Assembly (NCBI GenBank): GCA_964384425.1
Contig: CAYLKE010000006.1
Span: forward strand, 15,174 to 79,173
DNA from: an uncultured Methanosarcinales archaeon
GTDB taxonomy: Archaea > Nanobdellota > Nanobdellia > Woesearchaeales > JAGLXL01
Direction of reading: 5' to 3'
DNA: 64,000 bases
Shown here piece after piece: positions 35,017 through 43,017 of the stretch (positions within the stretch are counted from its first letter, which is position 1; every line of letters begins with the position of its first letter). The position numbers were made by a program, and so were the translations under genes. The notes under the pieces were generated by a model. The model was not told where the DNA came from and ran no database searches. It was given only the letters and a program-made list of their open reading frames with translations.

Positions 35017-35805
35017 ATGTTAATAGATATACATGCACACCTCACACATGAGGTTTATAAAGAAAAGCTAGATTTTGTTATTTCTAATGCTAAGAACAAT
35101 AATATTGGTATAATTGTATGTTCTGGAGTAAACCATGCGACTAATGTAGAATCTTTAAGATTGGCTAAGAAATATGATATTGTAAAATGTTCACTTGGAC
35201 TCTATCCAATTGATTTATTAGGATTAGGATCTGATGAAAGTGGATTGAGTAGGGATACAGAAAAACTTGATCTTGAAAAAGAATTGGAATTTATAAAACA
35301 ACATCTTGATGAAATTATAGCAATTGGAGAAATTGGAATGGACTTTAAGATGGATGCTGAACATCATGAACAACAGAGGAAAAATTTTAAGAAAATTGTT
35401 GAATTTTGTAAATTTGTTGGAAAACCCATGATTTTACATACTAGAAAGGCAGAAAGAGATGTTTTAGAAGTTTTGGAAGAATGTGATGTTGAACCAGATA
35501 AGGTTGTGTTACATTGTTTTTCAGGAAAGAAAAAACTTGTGCAAAAAGCAATTGATAAAGGATATAATTTTTCTATCCCTGTTTCAGTATTAAAAACAGA
35601 ACATTTTCAAATGATGGTTAAGATGATTCCCTTAAAACAGATTTTAACTGAAACAGATTCTCCTTGGTTAGGGCTGAGGAATGAAGAGTATAACCAATCA
35701 GCAAATGTTAAGTTTACTGTAGAGAAGATTGCAGAGATACTTGAGTTAAGTGTCGAAGAGATTGAGAAACAAGTAGAAGAGAATTATAAGAGGGTGTTTG
35801 ATTAA
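35017..35805 (+). CDS. tatD: TatD-family metal-dependent hydrolase/DNase
   Basis: MLIDIHAHL.. start, ..AIGEIGMDF.., ..PMILHTRKA.., ..VLHCFSG.., ..ILTETDSPW.. motifs in TatD order. Confidence 0.85.
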   Translation: MLIDIHAHLTHEVYKEKLDFVISNAKNNNIGIIVCSGVNHATNVESLRLAKKYDIVKCSLGLYPIDLLGLGSDESGLSRDTEKLDLEKELEFIKQHLDEIIAIGEIGMDFKMDAEHHEQQRKNFKKIVEFCKFVGKPMILHTRKAERDVLEVLEECDVEPDKVVLHCFSGKKKLVQKAIDKGYNFSIPVSVLKTEHFQMMVKMIPLKQILTETDSPWLGLRNEEYNQSANVKFTVEKIAEILELSVEEIEKQVEENYKRVFD

Positions 35806-35937
35806 ATATTTTACTCAGTTTATATATTCTTTCTCTTCACTGAAATGTAACACAAAATTATTTTCTCATAAATTATTTTCTCATTCACTCAGCAATTGTC
35901 ATAAATGTTTTTTAATAACATTGTCTTACTTAATTGC

Positions 35938-36696
35938 ATGTTAATCAAAACTTTTCTACATCTTGCAGGATTTACTAAAAAGAGAGAAAAAGAACTATGG
36001 GACAAAGGTGTGAGAAACTGGACATTATTTAATAGATTAAAAGAAAGACATATTCATTCATTAGGATTTAAGCCACAAATATATAACAAATATAGGGATT
36101 TCATAAAAAAATCCCAATCTAATCTAAGAGTTAAAAATCATCTTTTCTTTTCAAATTTTCTTCCAAAGGAAGAGACATGGAGATTGTATCCTGAATTTTC
36201 AAAAGACACTTGTTTTATGAATGTTTTAACATCAGGAAGATGTGCTTCTCAACATGATATTGGGATGATAACAGTTTCTTCAAATAAAAAAGTTACAAAT
36301 TTTGTTCAAGGGCAGAATCTTGATGAAAAACATCTTAAAAAGGAATTAAGTAAATACAAAGTTGTTGTTACTTTTGATGGAAGCAAATTTGATATGCCTT
36401 TTATCCAAAATAAGTTTCCAAAAATAAAGATAGACCACATACAATTAGAATTAAGAAAACTTTATTCAAAAATACACAAAGAAAACATCTATCAGATAAA
36501 ACATCAAATTAATTCACAATTAGGTATGGAAATAAATGATCATAAAGCTATGCAAATGGTATCTAAATGGAAAAAGAATGACGACAACATATTACTAAAC
36601 AAATTAAAAAATTATTCCAGAATAAATAATCTTTCTATGAATTATTTATTAAATAATATTTATAAGACTCTTTCAAGAAGAGCATTGGCTAATTAA
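35938..36696 (+). CDS. RNase H-like / YprB (COG3359)-type predicted exonuclease homologue with a degenerate first acidic motif
   Basis: N-terminus ..FLHLAGFTKKREKELWDKGVRNW.. and ..VVTFDGSKFDMPFIQ.. match the family. Where family members have D-I-E-T-T-G this protein reads FMNVLTSG. Confidence 0.45.
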   Translation: MLIKTFLHLAGFTKKREKELWDKGVRNWTLFNRLKERHIHSLGFKPQIYNKYRDFIKKSQSNLRVKNHLFFSNFLPKEETWRLYPEFSKDTCFMNVLTSGRCASQHDIGMITVSSNKKVTNFVQGQNLDEKHLKKELSKYKVVVTFDGSKFDMPFIQNKFPKIKIDHIQLELRKLYSKIHKENIYQIKHQINSQLGMEINDHKAMQMVSKWKKNDDNILLNKLKNYSRINNLSMNYLLNNIYKTLSRRALAN

Positions 36697-37346
36697 AAGT
36701 TATCCTCTATTGTTTTCTTGGCTTCTTCTTTTATATCTTCTTTCTTATCAGAAGGTCCCATTGGAATATCTTCTTTTCTTTCTCTAAGAAAGTTAGTAAT
36801 TCTTCCTAACTCCCTAACACTGGATGTAAATTCAGTCATTACTTCTTTAAATACTCTTTCAATTGCTTTTAATGTTGAAGAAACAGATTTCATATTTTCA
36901 TCACTTTCATTTATCTTTCCGACGACAGCAGAATGTAAGTTTTCAAAATTTTCTTTTAAATGAGAAACATTATCTTCCATTTTTGTCATTTCAGTTTCAA
37001 CTTTTGTTTTCCATTTAACAATTTTTCCAACTTCTTTCAAAAGCTCTTCCCATTTTTCATTAATAACAGCTTCAACAATATCATTTAATTCATTGAAATC
37101 AACAGAACGTATGTTATTTGATGTTGATTGAGAGGGAGATTCTGATTGAGGAGTAGATTCCCTCATTTTATTATATTGGGTTGGTTGTTGGGGTTGTTGT
37201 GGGGAAGGTGTTGAAACATTATCTAGTTCATTAAATGCTTTTTCTATTTCTTCTATAGAATTACCTTTTTGCTGTAATTCTTGTTTTATATTATTGTCTG
37301 ATTTACCTTCATGTCTTAAATTGATTATATTGTCTATTAATGTCAT
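36693..37346 (-). CDS. hypothetical coiled-coil protein with a Q/P/S-rich linker
   Basis: 217-aa ORF, last gene of a three-gene minus-strand unit. Confidence 0.55.
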   Translation of the reverse strand: MTLIDNIINLRHEGKSDNNIKQELQQKGNSIEEIEKAFNELDNVSTPSPQQPQQPTQYNKMRESTPQSESPSQSTSNNIRSVDFNELNDIVEAVINEKWEELLKEVGKIVKWKTKVETEMTKMEDNVSHLKENFENLHSAVVGKINESDENMKSVSSTLKAIERVFKEVMTEFTSSVRELGRITNFLRERKEDIPMGPSDKKEDIKEEAKKTIEDNF

Positions 37347-37350
37347 ATAT

Positions 37351-37740
37351 TCACCTCATTGTTTCTTTTTCTTCAATAAGCTTTTCAGCTTCTTTGTAAG
37401 TAATAAAATTCACAGGATTCCAAAAATCAAGATATTTCTGTACTGTTTGTAATTCTTCTTTTCCTGCAGTTAGTTTAAGTTCTTTTATTATTAATTCTAT
37501 TTTTTGAGATAGTATCTCTACTTGATGTTTAACATCCATGATATCTTTTCCAAGATCAGCAATATCTTTTTTTGTACTCTGATCTATTCTAATAAGATTG
37601 GATTCACTTGTCTCAATCTTTCTATCCATATTAGTTATTCTATTTTCAATATACTTAACTCTATCAACAACATCTCCAAATCCATTAATTTTGGGAGCTG
37701 GAGCTGGTTTTTGTTGTTTAGAACCAAAAGTAAACTCCAT
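37351..37740 (-). CDS. hypothetical coiled-coil protein
   Basis: 129-aa ORF, 4 nt upstream of 36693..37346 on the same strand. Confidence 0.55.
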   Translation of the reverse strand: MEFTFGSKQQKPAPAPKINGFGDVVDRVKYIENRITNMDRKIETSESNLIRIDQSTKKDIADLGKDIMDVKHQVEILSQKIELIIKELKLTAGKEELQTVQKYLDFWNPVNFITYKEAEKLIEEKETMR

Positions 37741-37790
37741 TTACTCCTTTAATATATTATAAGTAATAAAGTTATTTAACTACTATAGAA

Positions 37791-38705
37791 TTAAAATAAT
37801 GTTCTTTGGTTATGTTTTTTACTACTTATTTTCTTTTTTGTTTCTTTTTTCCCTGAAATATCTTCTTTTTTAGGAAGGTCTGTAAGTAATTTATTGTTAT
37901 AATTATTACAATAAGAAAATTTTATTGAATTTGTTCTTTTTTTAGGATATTTGTTTTCTTTTTTATCTTTTTGTTTTTTCTTTTTTACTTTATTTTTAAT
38001 AATTAATTCATTTTTTTGCTCATATAAACTAGGAAATTGTGGAAAATATCTGTTTTCCATTATTGTTGCTTCATATAATCTTTTTTCAAATATTTCAAAA
38101 AAATACAAAGGATCTGTTTTTCTAATATCTTCTGTTAATTCTAAACCCATTCCTTTTTCTGCAATTATTCTTATTAGTTTATTTGTGTCTTTTTTTACTT
38201 TCTGAAAAATTTTCCAATTTTTATTTTTAATAGCATCTTGCATGATATTTTTGTATTCAATAGGATCATAAAGTGTACTTTCAAACGACATTCCAATTAA
38301 TTTTATTTTTTCAGTATCCTTAAAGCAAGAATGAGAACAATAAATATGGTATTTTTCTGAATTTCTATAAGTATACGTCTTTTCATTAACTTTGTTTTGA
38401 TTTTTATTGTTGTTTAAATATTCTTTTTTCTTTCCTTTTGCAATTGTAATTCCAAATCCTAGAGAGCCACATTTTTCACATTTTGTTTTTGGAACAAAAG
38501 AATTTCCTATTGTCATTATCTTATAACATCTGTCTTTAATTTTTTCAGATAGGTCTTTTATTTCAATATAAAAATCCCTAAAATATTGATAATCATAAAG
38601 TGCTAATTGTTCTAAACTGAGCCCCATTTTTCTTTCATTTCTTTTTCTTAAATTATCATTAGGGTAATCAACATAGATTATGTCTTTTTTTGAATAAGTA
38701 TACAT
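37791..38705 (-). CDS. hypothetical protein with a putative Zn-ribbon (CEKCGS..CSHSC) and a lysine-rich tail
   Basis: 304-aa ORF. No family recognised. Confidence 0.55.
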   Translation of the reverse strand: MYTYSKKDIIYVDYPNDNLRKRNERKMGLSLEQLALYDYQYFRDFYIEIKDLSEKIKDRCYKIMTIGNSFVPKTKCEKCGSLGFGITIAKGKKKEYLNNNKNQNKVNEKTYTYRNSEKYHIYCSHSCFKDTEKIKLIGMSFESTLYDPIEYKNIMQDAIKNKNWKIFQKVKKDTNKLIRIIAEKGMGLELTEDIRKTDPLYFFEIFEKRLYEATIMENRYFPQFPSLYEQKNELIIKNKVKKKKQKDKKENKYPKKRTNSIKFSYCNNYNNKLLTDLPKKEDISGKKETKKKISSKKHNQRTLF

Positions 38706-38814
38706 AGTAAAAATGATATTTAATTAATATATAAATATTTCTAAGTTTAATCACTATAAAATAGTCACATAAGATATATTAACAATGATTTTAGTGTTTT
38801 AGATAGGTGATAAT

Positions 38815-39372
38815 ATGTCAACAGAACAAAATAAAACTGAAAAAAATCTAAAAGCTGCTTTTGCTGGTGAATCTCAAGCAAGAAATAAATATGATTATTT
38901 TGCAAAAGTTGCAAGAAAAGAAGGATTTCACTATATTGCTAAAATTTTTGAAGAAACTGCTATAAATGAAATGCAACATGCAAAAGATGAATTAAAGCTA
39001 CTGAAAGGTATTTCAAATACAAAAGATAATCTTAAAGAAGCTATTAGTGGAGAAAATTATGAAACTGTAAGTATGTATCCTCAATTTGCTAAAGAAGCAG
39101 AAGAAGAAGGTAATATGGAAGCTGCTAAATTATTTAAGGAAATTGCAAAAGTTGAAAAACATCATGAAAAAAGATATAAAAAACTTCTTTTAATGGTTGA
39201 AGAAGGCAAATTATACAAACGTTCTAAATCAATTTCTTGGAAATGTAGTAAATGTGGATATATTCATCAAGGTACAGAACCTCCTGAAGAATGTCCTTCA
39301 TGTAAACATCCAAAAGAGTATTATGAGCCAGAATGTATGTGTTTTTCAGAAGATTGTGAAAAGTGCAATTAA
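38815..39372 (+). CDS. rbr: rubrerythrin
   Basis: Ferritin-like di-iron domain (..[10 protein letters not shown].., ..EMQHAK.., ..VEKHHEKRY..) followed by a rubredoxin-like CSKCGY..CPSCKHP. Confidence 0.9.
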   Translation: MSTEQNKTEKNLKAAFAGESQARNKYDYFAKVARKEGFHYIAKIFEETAINEMQHAKDELKLLKGISNTKDNLKEAISGENYETVSMYPQFAKEAEEEGNMEAAKLFKEIAKVEKHHEKRYKKLLLMVEEGKLYKRSKSISWKCSKCGYIHQGTEPPEECPSCKHPKEYYEPECMCFSEDCEKCN

Positions 39373-39468
39373 TTTTATTTTTTTAATTTTTAAAACAGAT
39401 GTTATTATCAAATGATTTATTCATCACAAAACCAAAACATATAAAAGAAATAACTGATTAATACTTTT

Positions 39469-41085
39469 ATGGATGATTTTCAAATTCTTATTGGTGGTCC
39501 AGCAGGACATGGTATAATGAGTGCAGGAGAGGTTCTTGGAAAAGCATTTGTTAAGAATGGTGCTTATGTGTTTTTGTCAAATAATTATCCTTCTTTGATA
39601 AGAGGAGGACATAATATAATAAAATTAAGAGTTAGTGATAACTACATAAGTTCATCAAATAAAAAAATTGATTTTCTTATAGCCTTGGATAAGAGAACAT
39701 GTGATATACACAATAATGATTTAAGTGAAAATGCAGTTATTTTAACAAAAAAAGGATATTGTGATGATAAAAGATGCATTTACATACCTGATAAACTTAC
39801 AGAAGACAAATACATTAATCTTCCATTAATATCTCTTTTATATTTTTTGTTTTTTGACAATATTGAAATATTAAGAAAATCTATTGAAAAAAGATATAAG
39901 AACAAAAACATAAAGGTCAATCTTAAAAAGATAAAAAAATTTGCTGAATCATTTATCTTTAAATTTAATGTATCAACAAAAGAAAAAAAATATGCTTTTT
40001 TATCAGGAAATCATACAATTGCTTTGGGTGCATTACAAGCAGGAATGAATTATGCTGCAATATACCCTATGACTCCAATAAATGCAATGTTGTCTTATTT
40101 AAGAGATAGGGTGGATGTTTTTCAACCAGAAGATGAAATTGCAGGAATTAATTCAGCTATTGGTGCATCTTTTGCAGGAAAAAGAGCAATGGTTGCAACA
40201 AGTGGAGGAGGATTTTGTTTAATGACAGAAGGATTGGGACTAAGTGCTATGACTGAAACTCCTCTTGTGATTGTTGAAGGTCAGAGAACTGGTCCAGCTA
40301 CGGGAATGCCTACTCGTACAGAACAAGGAGATCTTTTATTTATGATAAATGCATCTCATGGTGAATTTCCAAGAGTTGTTTTTACTCCAGGAAGTGCTAA
40401 AGAAGCATATCTTTTTACAATAAAAGCATTTTATCTTGCTGAAAAATACCAATTACCTGTTATTATTTTAGTAGATAAATATCTTTCAGAATCATATTAT
40501 TCAGTTAATTTAAAAAAATTTAAAGAAGAAAAAATCACTAGGCAGTCTATTACTAAAAACATTATTACTAATTATAAGAGATATAAGAAAACTAAAAATG
40601 GAATTTCTCCACGTTCATTACCTGGAACAAAAAGAGGAGAGCATAATTGTAATAGTGATGAGCATGATGAATATGGTTTTTCAACAGAAAATTCTTCTGT
40701 AAGAAAAGACATGGTGAATAAAAGGATGTCAAAATTCACAGAACTTTTGAAGGAGATACCCAAACCTACTGTGTTAAACAATGATTCTAAAATTATGTTA
40801 GTTTGTTGGGGTTCAAGCAAGGGATTAGTAAAAGAAATAGCACTAAAATTGAATGTGGGATTTTTGCATTTCAATACATTGCATCCTTTTGATAGAACAA
40901 TTAAACATGTGTTGAAAAATAAAAAAATAATTATTATTGAAAATAATAAAACATCTCAATTATACAAATTACTAAGGCAAGAGATAATGATTAAAGTAGA
41001 TAAAACTATTAATAAATATGATGGTGATCAGTTTACACAAGATACTTTATTTGACGAGATAAAGAAAATAAAAGATAAATTATAA
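39469..41085 (+). CDS. 2-oxoacid:ferredoxin oxidoreductase, fused gamma-alpha subunit
   Basis: Gamma-like start ..ILIGGPAGHGIMSAGEVLGKAF.., then alpha-domain blocks ..GNHTIALGALQAG..IYPMTPIN..GGGFCLMTEGLGLS.. Confidence 0.85.
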   Translation: MDDFQILIGGPAGHGIMSAGEVLGKAFVKNGAYVFLSNNYPSLIRGGHNIIKLRVSDNYISSSNKKIDFLIALDKRTCDIHNNDLSENAVILTKKGYCDDKRCIYIPDKLTEDKYINLPLISLLYFLFFDNIEILRKSIEKRYKNKNIKVNLKKIKKFAESFIFKFNVSTKEKKYAFLSGNHTIALGALQAGMNYAAIYPMTPINAMLSYLRDRVDVFQPEDEIAGINSAIGASFAGKRAMVATSGGGFCLMTEGLGLSAMTETPLVIVEGQRTGPATGMPTRTEQGDLLFMINASHGEFPRVVFTPGSAKEAYLFTIKAFYLAEKYQLPVIILVDKYLSESYYSVNLKKFKEEKITRQSITKNIITNYKRYKKTKNGISPRSLPGTKRGEHNCNSDEHDEYGFSTENSSVRKDMVNKRMSKFTELLKEIPKPTVLNNDSKIMLVCWGSSKGLVKEIALKLNVGFLHFNTLHPFDRTIKHVLKNKKIIIIENNKTSQLYKLLRQEIMIKVDKTINKYDGDQFTQDTLFDEIKKIKDKL

Positions 41086-41096
41086 AACTTATAAAA

Positions 41097-41870
41097 ATGA
41101 AAACTTACAGTACAAATAAAAAAATAACTTGGTGTCCAGGTTGTGGTAATTTTGGATTATTGAATTCATTAAAAAGTGCTCTGAAAGATCTTGAGATAGA
41201 AACTCATGAATTTGTTCTTGTTACAGGTATTGGATGTAGTGGAAACATGAATAATTGGATTAAAGGATATGTATTTCATGCATTACATGGAAGAACATTA
41301 CCTGTTGCTTATGGTGTTAGGAGAGCTCTTCCCAAAATACCCATTATTGTTACTGCAGGAGATGGTGATGCATATGGGGAAGGTGGAAATCATTTTACAC
41401 ATGCATGCAGAAGAAATGATGATGTAGTATTTATAGTTCATAATAATCAAAGATATTCTTTAACAACAGGTCAGCCAACTCCTACAACGTCCCCTCTGTC
41501 TGAATTTAATCCAATTGTAAATGCAATAATTAATGGAGCTACATTTGTTGCAAGAGGATATAGTATGAGACCTAAACAACTTAAGGAACTGATAAAAAAA
41601 GCAATTAAACATAAAGGTTTTGCATTTATAGATGTTATAACTCCTTGTATTACATTGAATAAATTAAATACTTATGATTATTTTAATAAAAGAGTTTTTG
41701 AAATAAATTCTAAAATGAGTAAGAATGAATCCATACAACTTGCAATGGAATCAACATTGTCTTCTGATAAAATTGCATTGGGTGTGTTTTATGAAGAGAA
41801 AAAACCTATTGAAAAATTTAAGAAATTTCCTAACTTTAATTTGAAAAAAAGTTTAAAAGAATTTATGTAA
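41097..41870 (+). CDS. 2-oxoacid:ferredoxin oxidoreductase, beta (TPP-binding) subunit
   Basis: ..TWCPGCGNFG.., ..GIGCSG.., ..TAGDGDAYGEGGNH.. motifs. Confidence 0.88.
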   Translation: MKTYSTNKKITWCPGCGNFGLLNSLKSALKDLEIETHEFVLVTGIGCSGNMNNWIKGYVFHALHGRTLPVAYGVRRALPKIPIIVTAGDGDAYGEGGNHFTHACRRNDDVVFIVHNNQRYSLTTGQPTPTTSPLSEFNPIVNAIINGATFVARGYSMRPKQLKELIKKAIKHKGFAFIDVITPCITLNKLNTYDYFNKRVFEINSKMSKNESIQLAMESTLSSDKIALGVFYEEKKPIEKFKKFPNFNLKKSLKEFM

Positions 41871-41883
41871 TTAAAAAACAAAA

Positions 41884-42435
41884 TCAATTTTTACTTTGTT
41901 CTTTATCTTTAAAGAAATTATCGCATTGTTCAATCTTACATCCACAAGGTAATCTGTAAGTTGCTCTTCTCAATGCATTTTTAGCGACCTTAACATTTCT
42001 TTTAAATACTCTTACTTCATATATTGGTTGATTTTCTTTAACTTGAGCAGCAATACTTATTGCCTTTCCAAAAGATTTTTTCATACCTGTACTTAACCTA
42101 TCTGCTCCAGCACCTGAAGCTAAAGGATTTTCCCTTAAAATATGAAATGGATATACTCTTAATCTAAAATAATAATTTCCTTTACCTAGTTTTTTTTCTA
42201 AAAATCTATTTGCTGCAATTCTTGCACTTTCAATTGCATTTTGTCTTATTTGAACTGCATTTGTTGATTTAAGAAAGAATACTTTTTCATAATCTTTATT
42301 TTTATTACCTGATTCAAATCTTGCAATTACACAATTAGGTCTTCCTCTTACAAAATTAGCTCTTTTATATTTACTATATCTTGTATAGGGTCTTTCTAAT
42401 CTTCTATATGCTACGAATTTTCTTAGTCTTGCCAT
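41884..42435 (-). CDS. rpl10e: 50S ribosomal protein L10e (uL16)
   Basis: MARLRKFVAYRRLERPYTRYSKYK.. N-terminus and ..RLRVYPFHILRENPLASGAGADRLSTGM.. block. Confidence 0.9.
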   Translation of the reverse strand: MARLRKFVAYRRLERPYTRYSKYKRANFVRGRPNCVIARFESGNKNKDYEKVFFLKSTNAVQIRQNAIESARIAANRFLEKKLGKGNYYFRLRVYPFHILRENPLASGAGADRLSTGMKKSFGKAISIAAQVKENQPIYEVRVFKRNVKVAKNALRRATYRLPCGCKIEQCDNFFKDKEQSKN

Positions 42436-42447
42436 TTTATTATTATC

Positions 42448-42549
42448 CTATTTGTTTCTTCTCTCTCTCTTAGCTTTCTTAATTCTCTTTCTTTGCCATT
42501 TCCATCTCATCTGGCCTTTTTTCTTCCATCTTCTTGAACTTCTTTTCAT
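42448..42549 (-). CDS. rpl41e: 50S ribosomal protein L41e (33 aa; below the ORF-track length cut-off)
   Basis: Manual translation gives MKRSSRRWKKKGQMRWKWQRKRIKKAKRERRNK*. The KRSSRRWKKKG-MRWKW core is the archaeal L41e signature. It lies 12 nt upstream of rpl10e on the same strand. Confidence 0.7.
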   Translation of the reverse strand: MKRSSRRWKKKGQMRWKWQRKRIKKAKRERRNK

Positions 42550-42643
42550 CTTAATATTCTCCCAAAGTAAGTATATATAAACTTTATTATAATATAAACA
42601 TGTCTCAAATCGAATCCATGCGTGTCATTCAATTAATATTGAA

Positions 42644-42718
42644 TGCCCCGGCCGGGATTCGAACCCGGGTCTTAGCATCGAAAGTGCTAAATGATTGGCC
42701 GGACTACACCACCGGGGC
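42644..42718 (-). tRNA. tRNA-Glu(UUC)
   Basis: Reverse complement folds as acceptor GCCCCGG/CCGGGGC, D arm GTGTAGTCCGGCCAATCAT, anticodon stem TAGCA/TGCTA, loop CT-TTC-GA, T arm CCGGG-TTCGAAT-CCCGG. Confidence 0.9.
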
Positions 42719-42844
42719 ATAACACTATTGTATGCAGAAAATCTCATACTATTTAAAAAGCTTTCGTTAATATTATATAACATAAACCATAAAGGACAAA
42801 AACCTTTATAAACAAAACACAACCATACAAATAATTATTAGTAT

Positions 42845-42968
42845 CCCTCCTTAGTTTAGCGGCTAGAACGCTCGGCTGTAGAGTGGTTTGACAGGACATA
42901 ATGTCTAGAATGATTAACCATCAGTCGCGGTCACCGAGATATCCCCGGTTCGAGTCCGGGAGGGGGGA
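42845..42968 (+). tRNA. tRNA-Tyr(GUA) with a 51-nt intron (42882..42932); genomically encoded CCA follows (42969..42971)
   Basis: Acceptor CCCTCCT/AGGGGGG (C1:G72, the archaeal/eukaryal Tyr identity pair), anticodon stem CTCGG/CCGAG, loop CT-GTA-G[intron]A, T arm CCCGG-TTCGAGT-CCGGG. Confidence 0.85.
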
Positions 42969-43017
42969 CCATTTTTCTTATAGTAATATTAATAAATAAA
43001 GGAATTATTCAAAAAAT

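Noticed and set aside
42625-42822. 65-aa minus-strand ORF.
   Set aside because: It overlaps the tRNA-Glu(UUC) gene (42644..42718) over its whole core. The tRNA fold is far better supported.
42882-42932. C/D-box sRNA inside the tRNA-Tyr intron (as known for some archaeal tRNA-Trp introns).
   Set aside because: There is no proper C box (RUGAUGA) or D box (CUGA) pair. Only a weak TGATTA is present.
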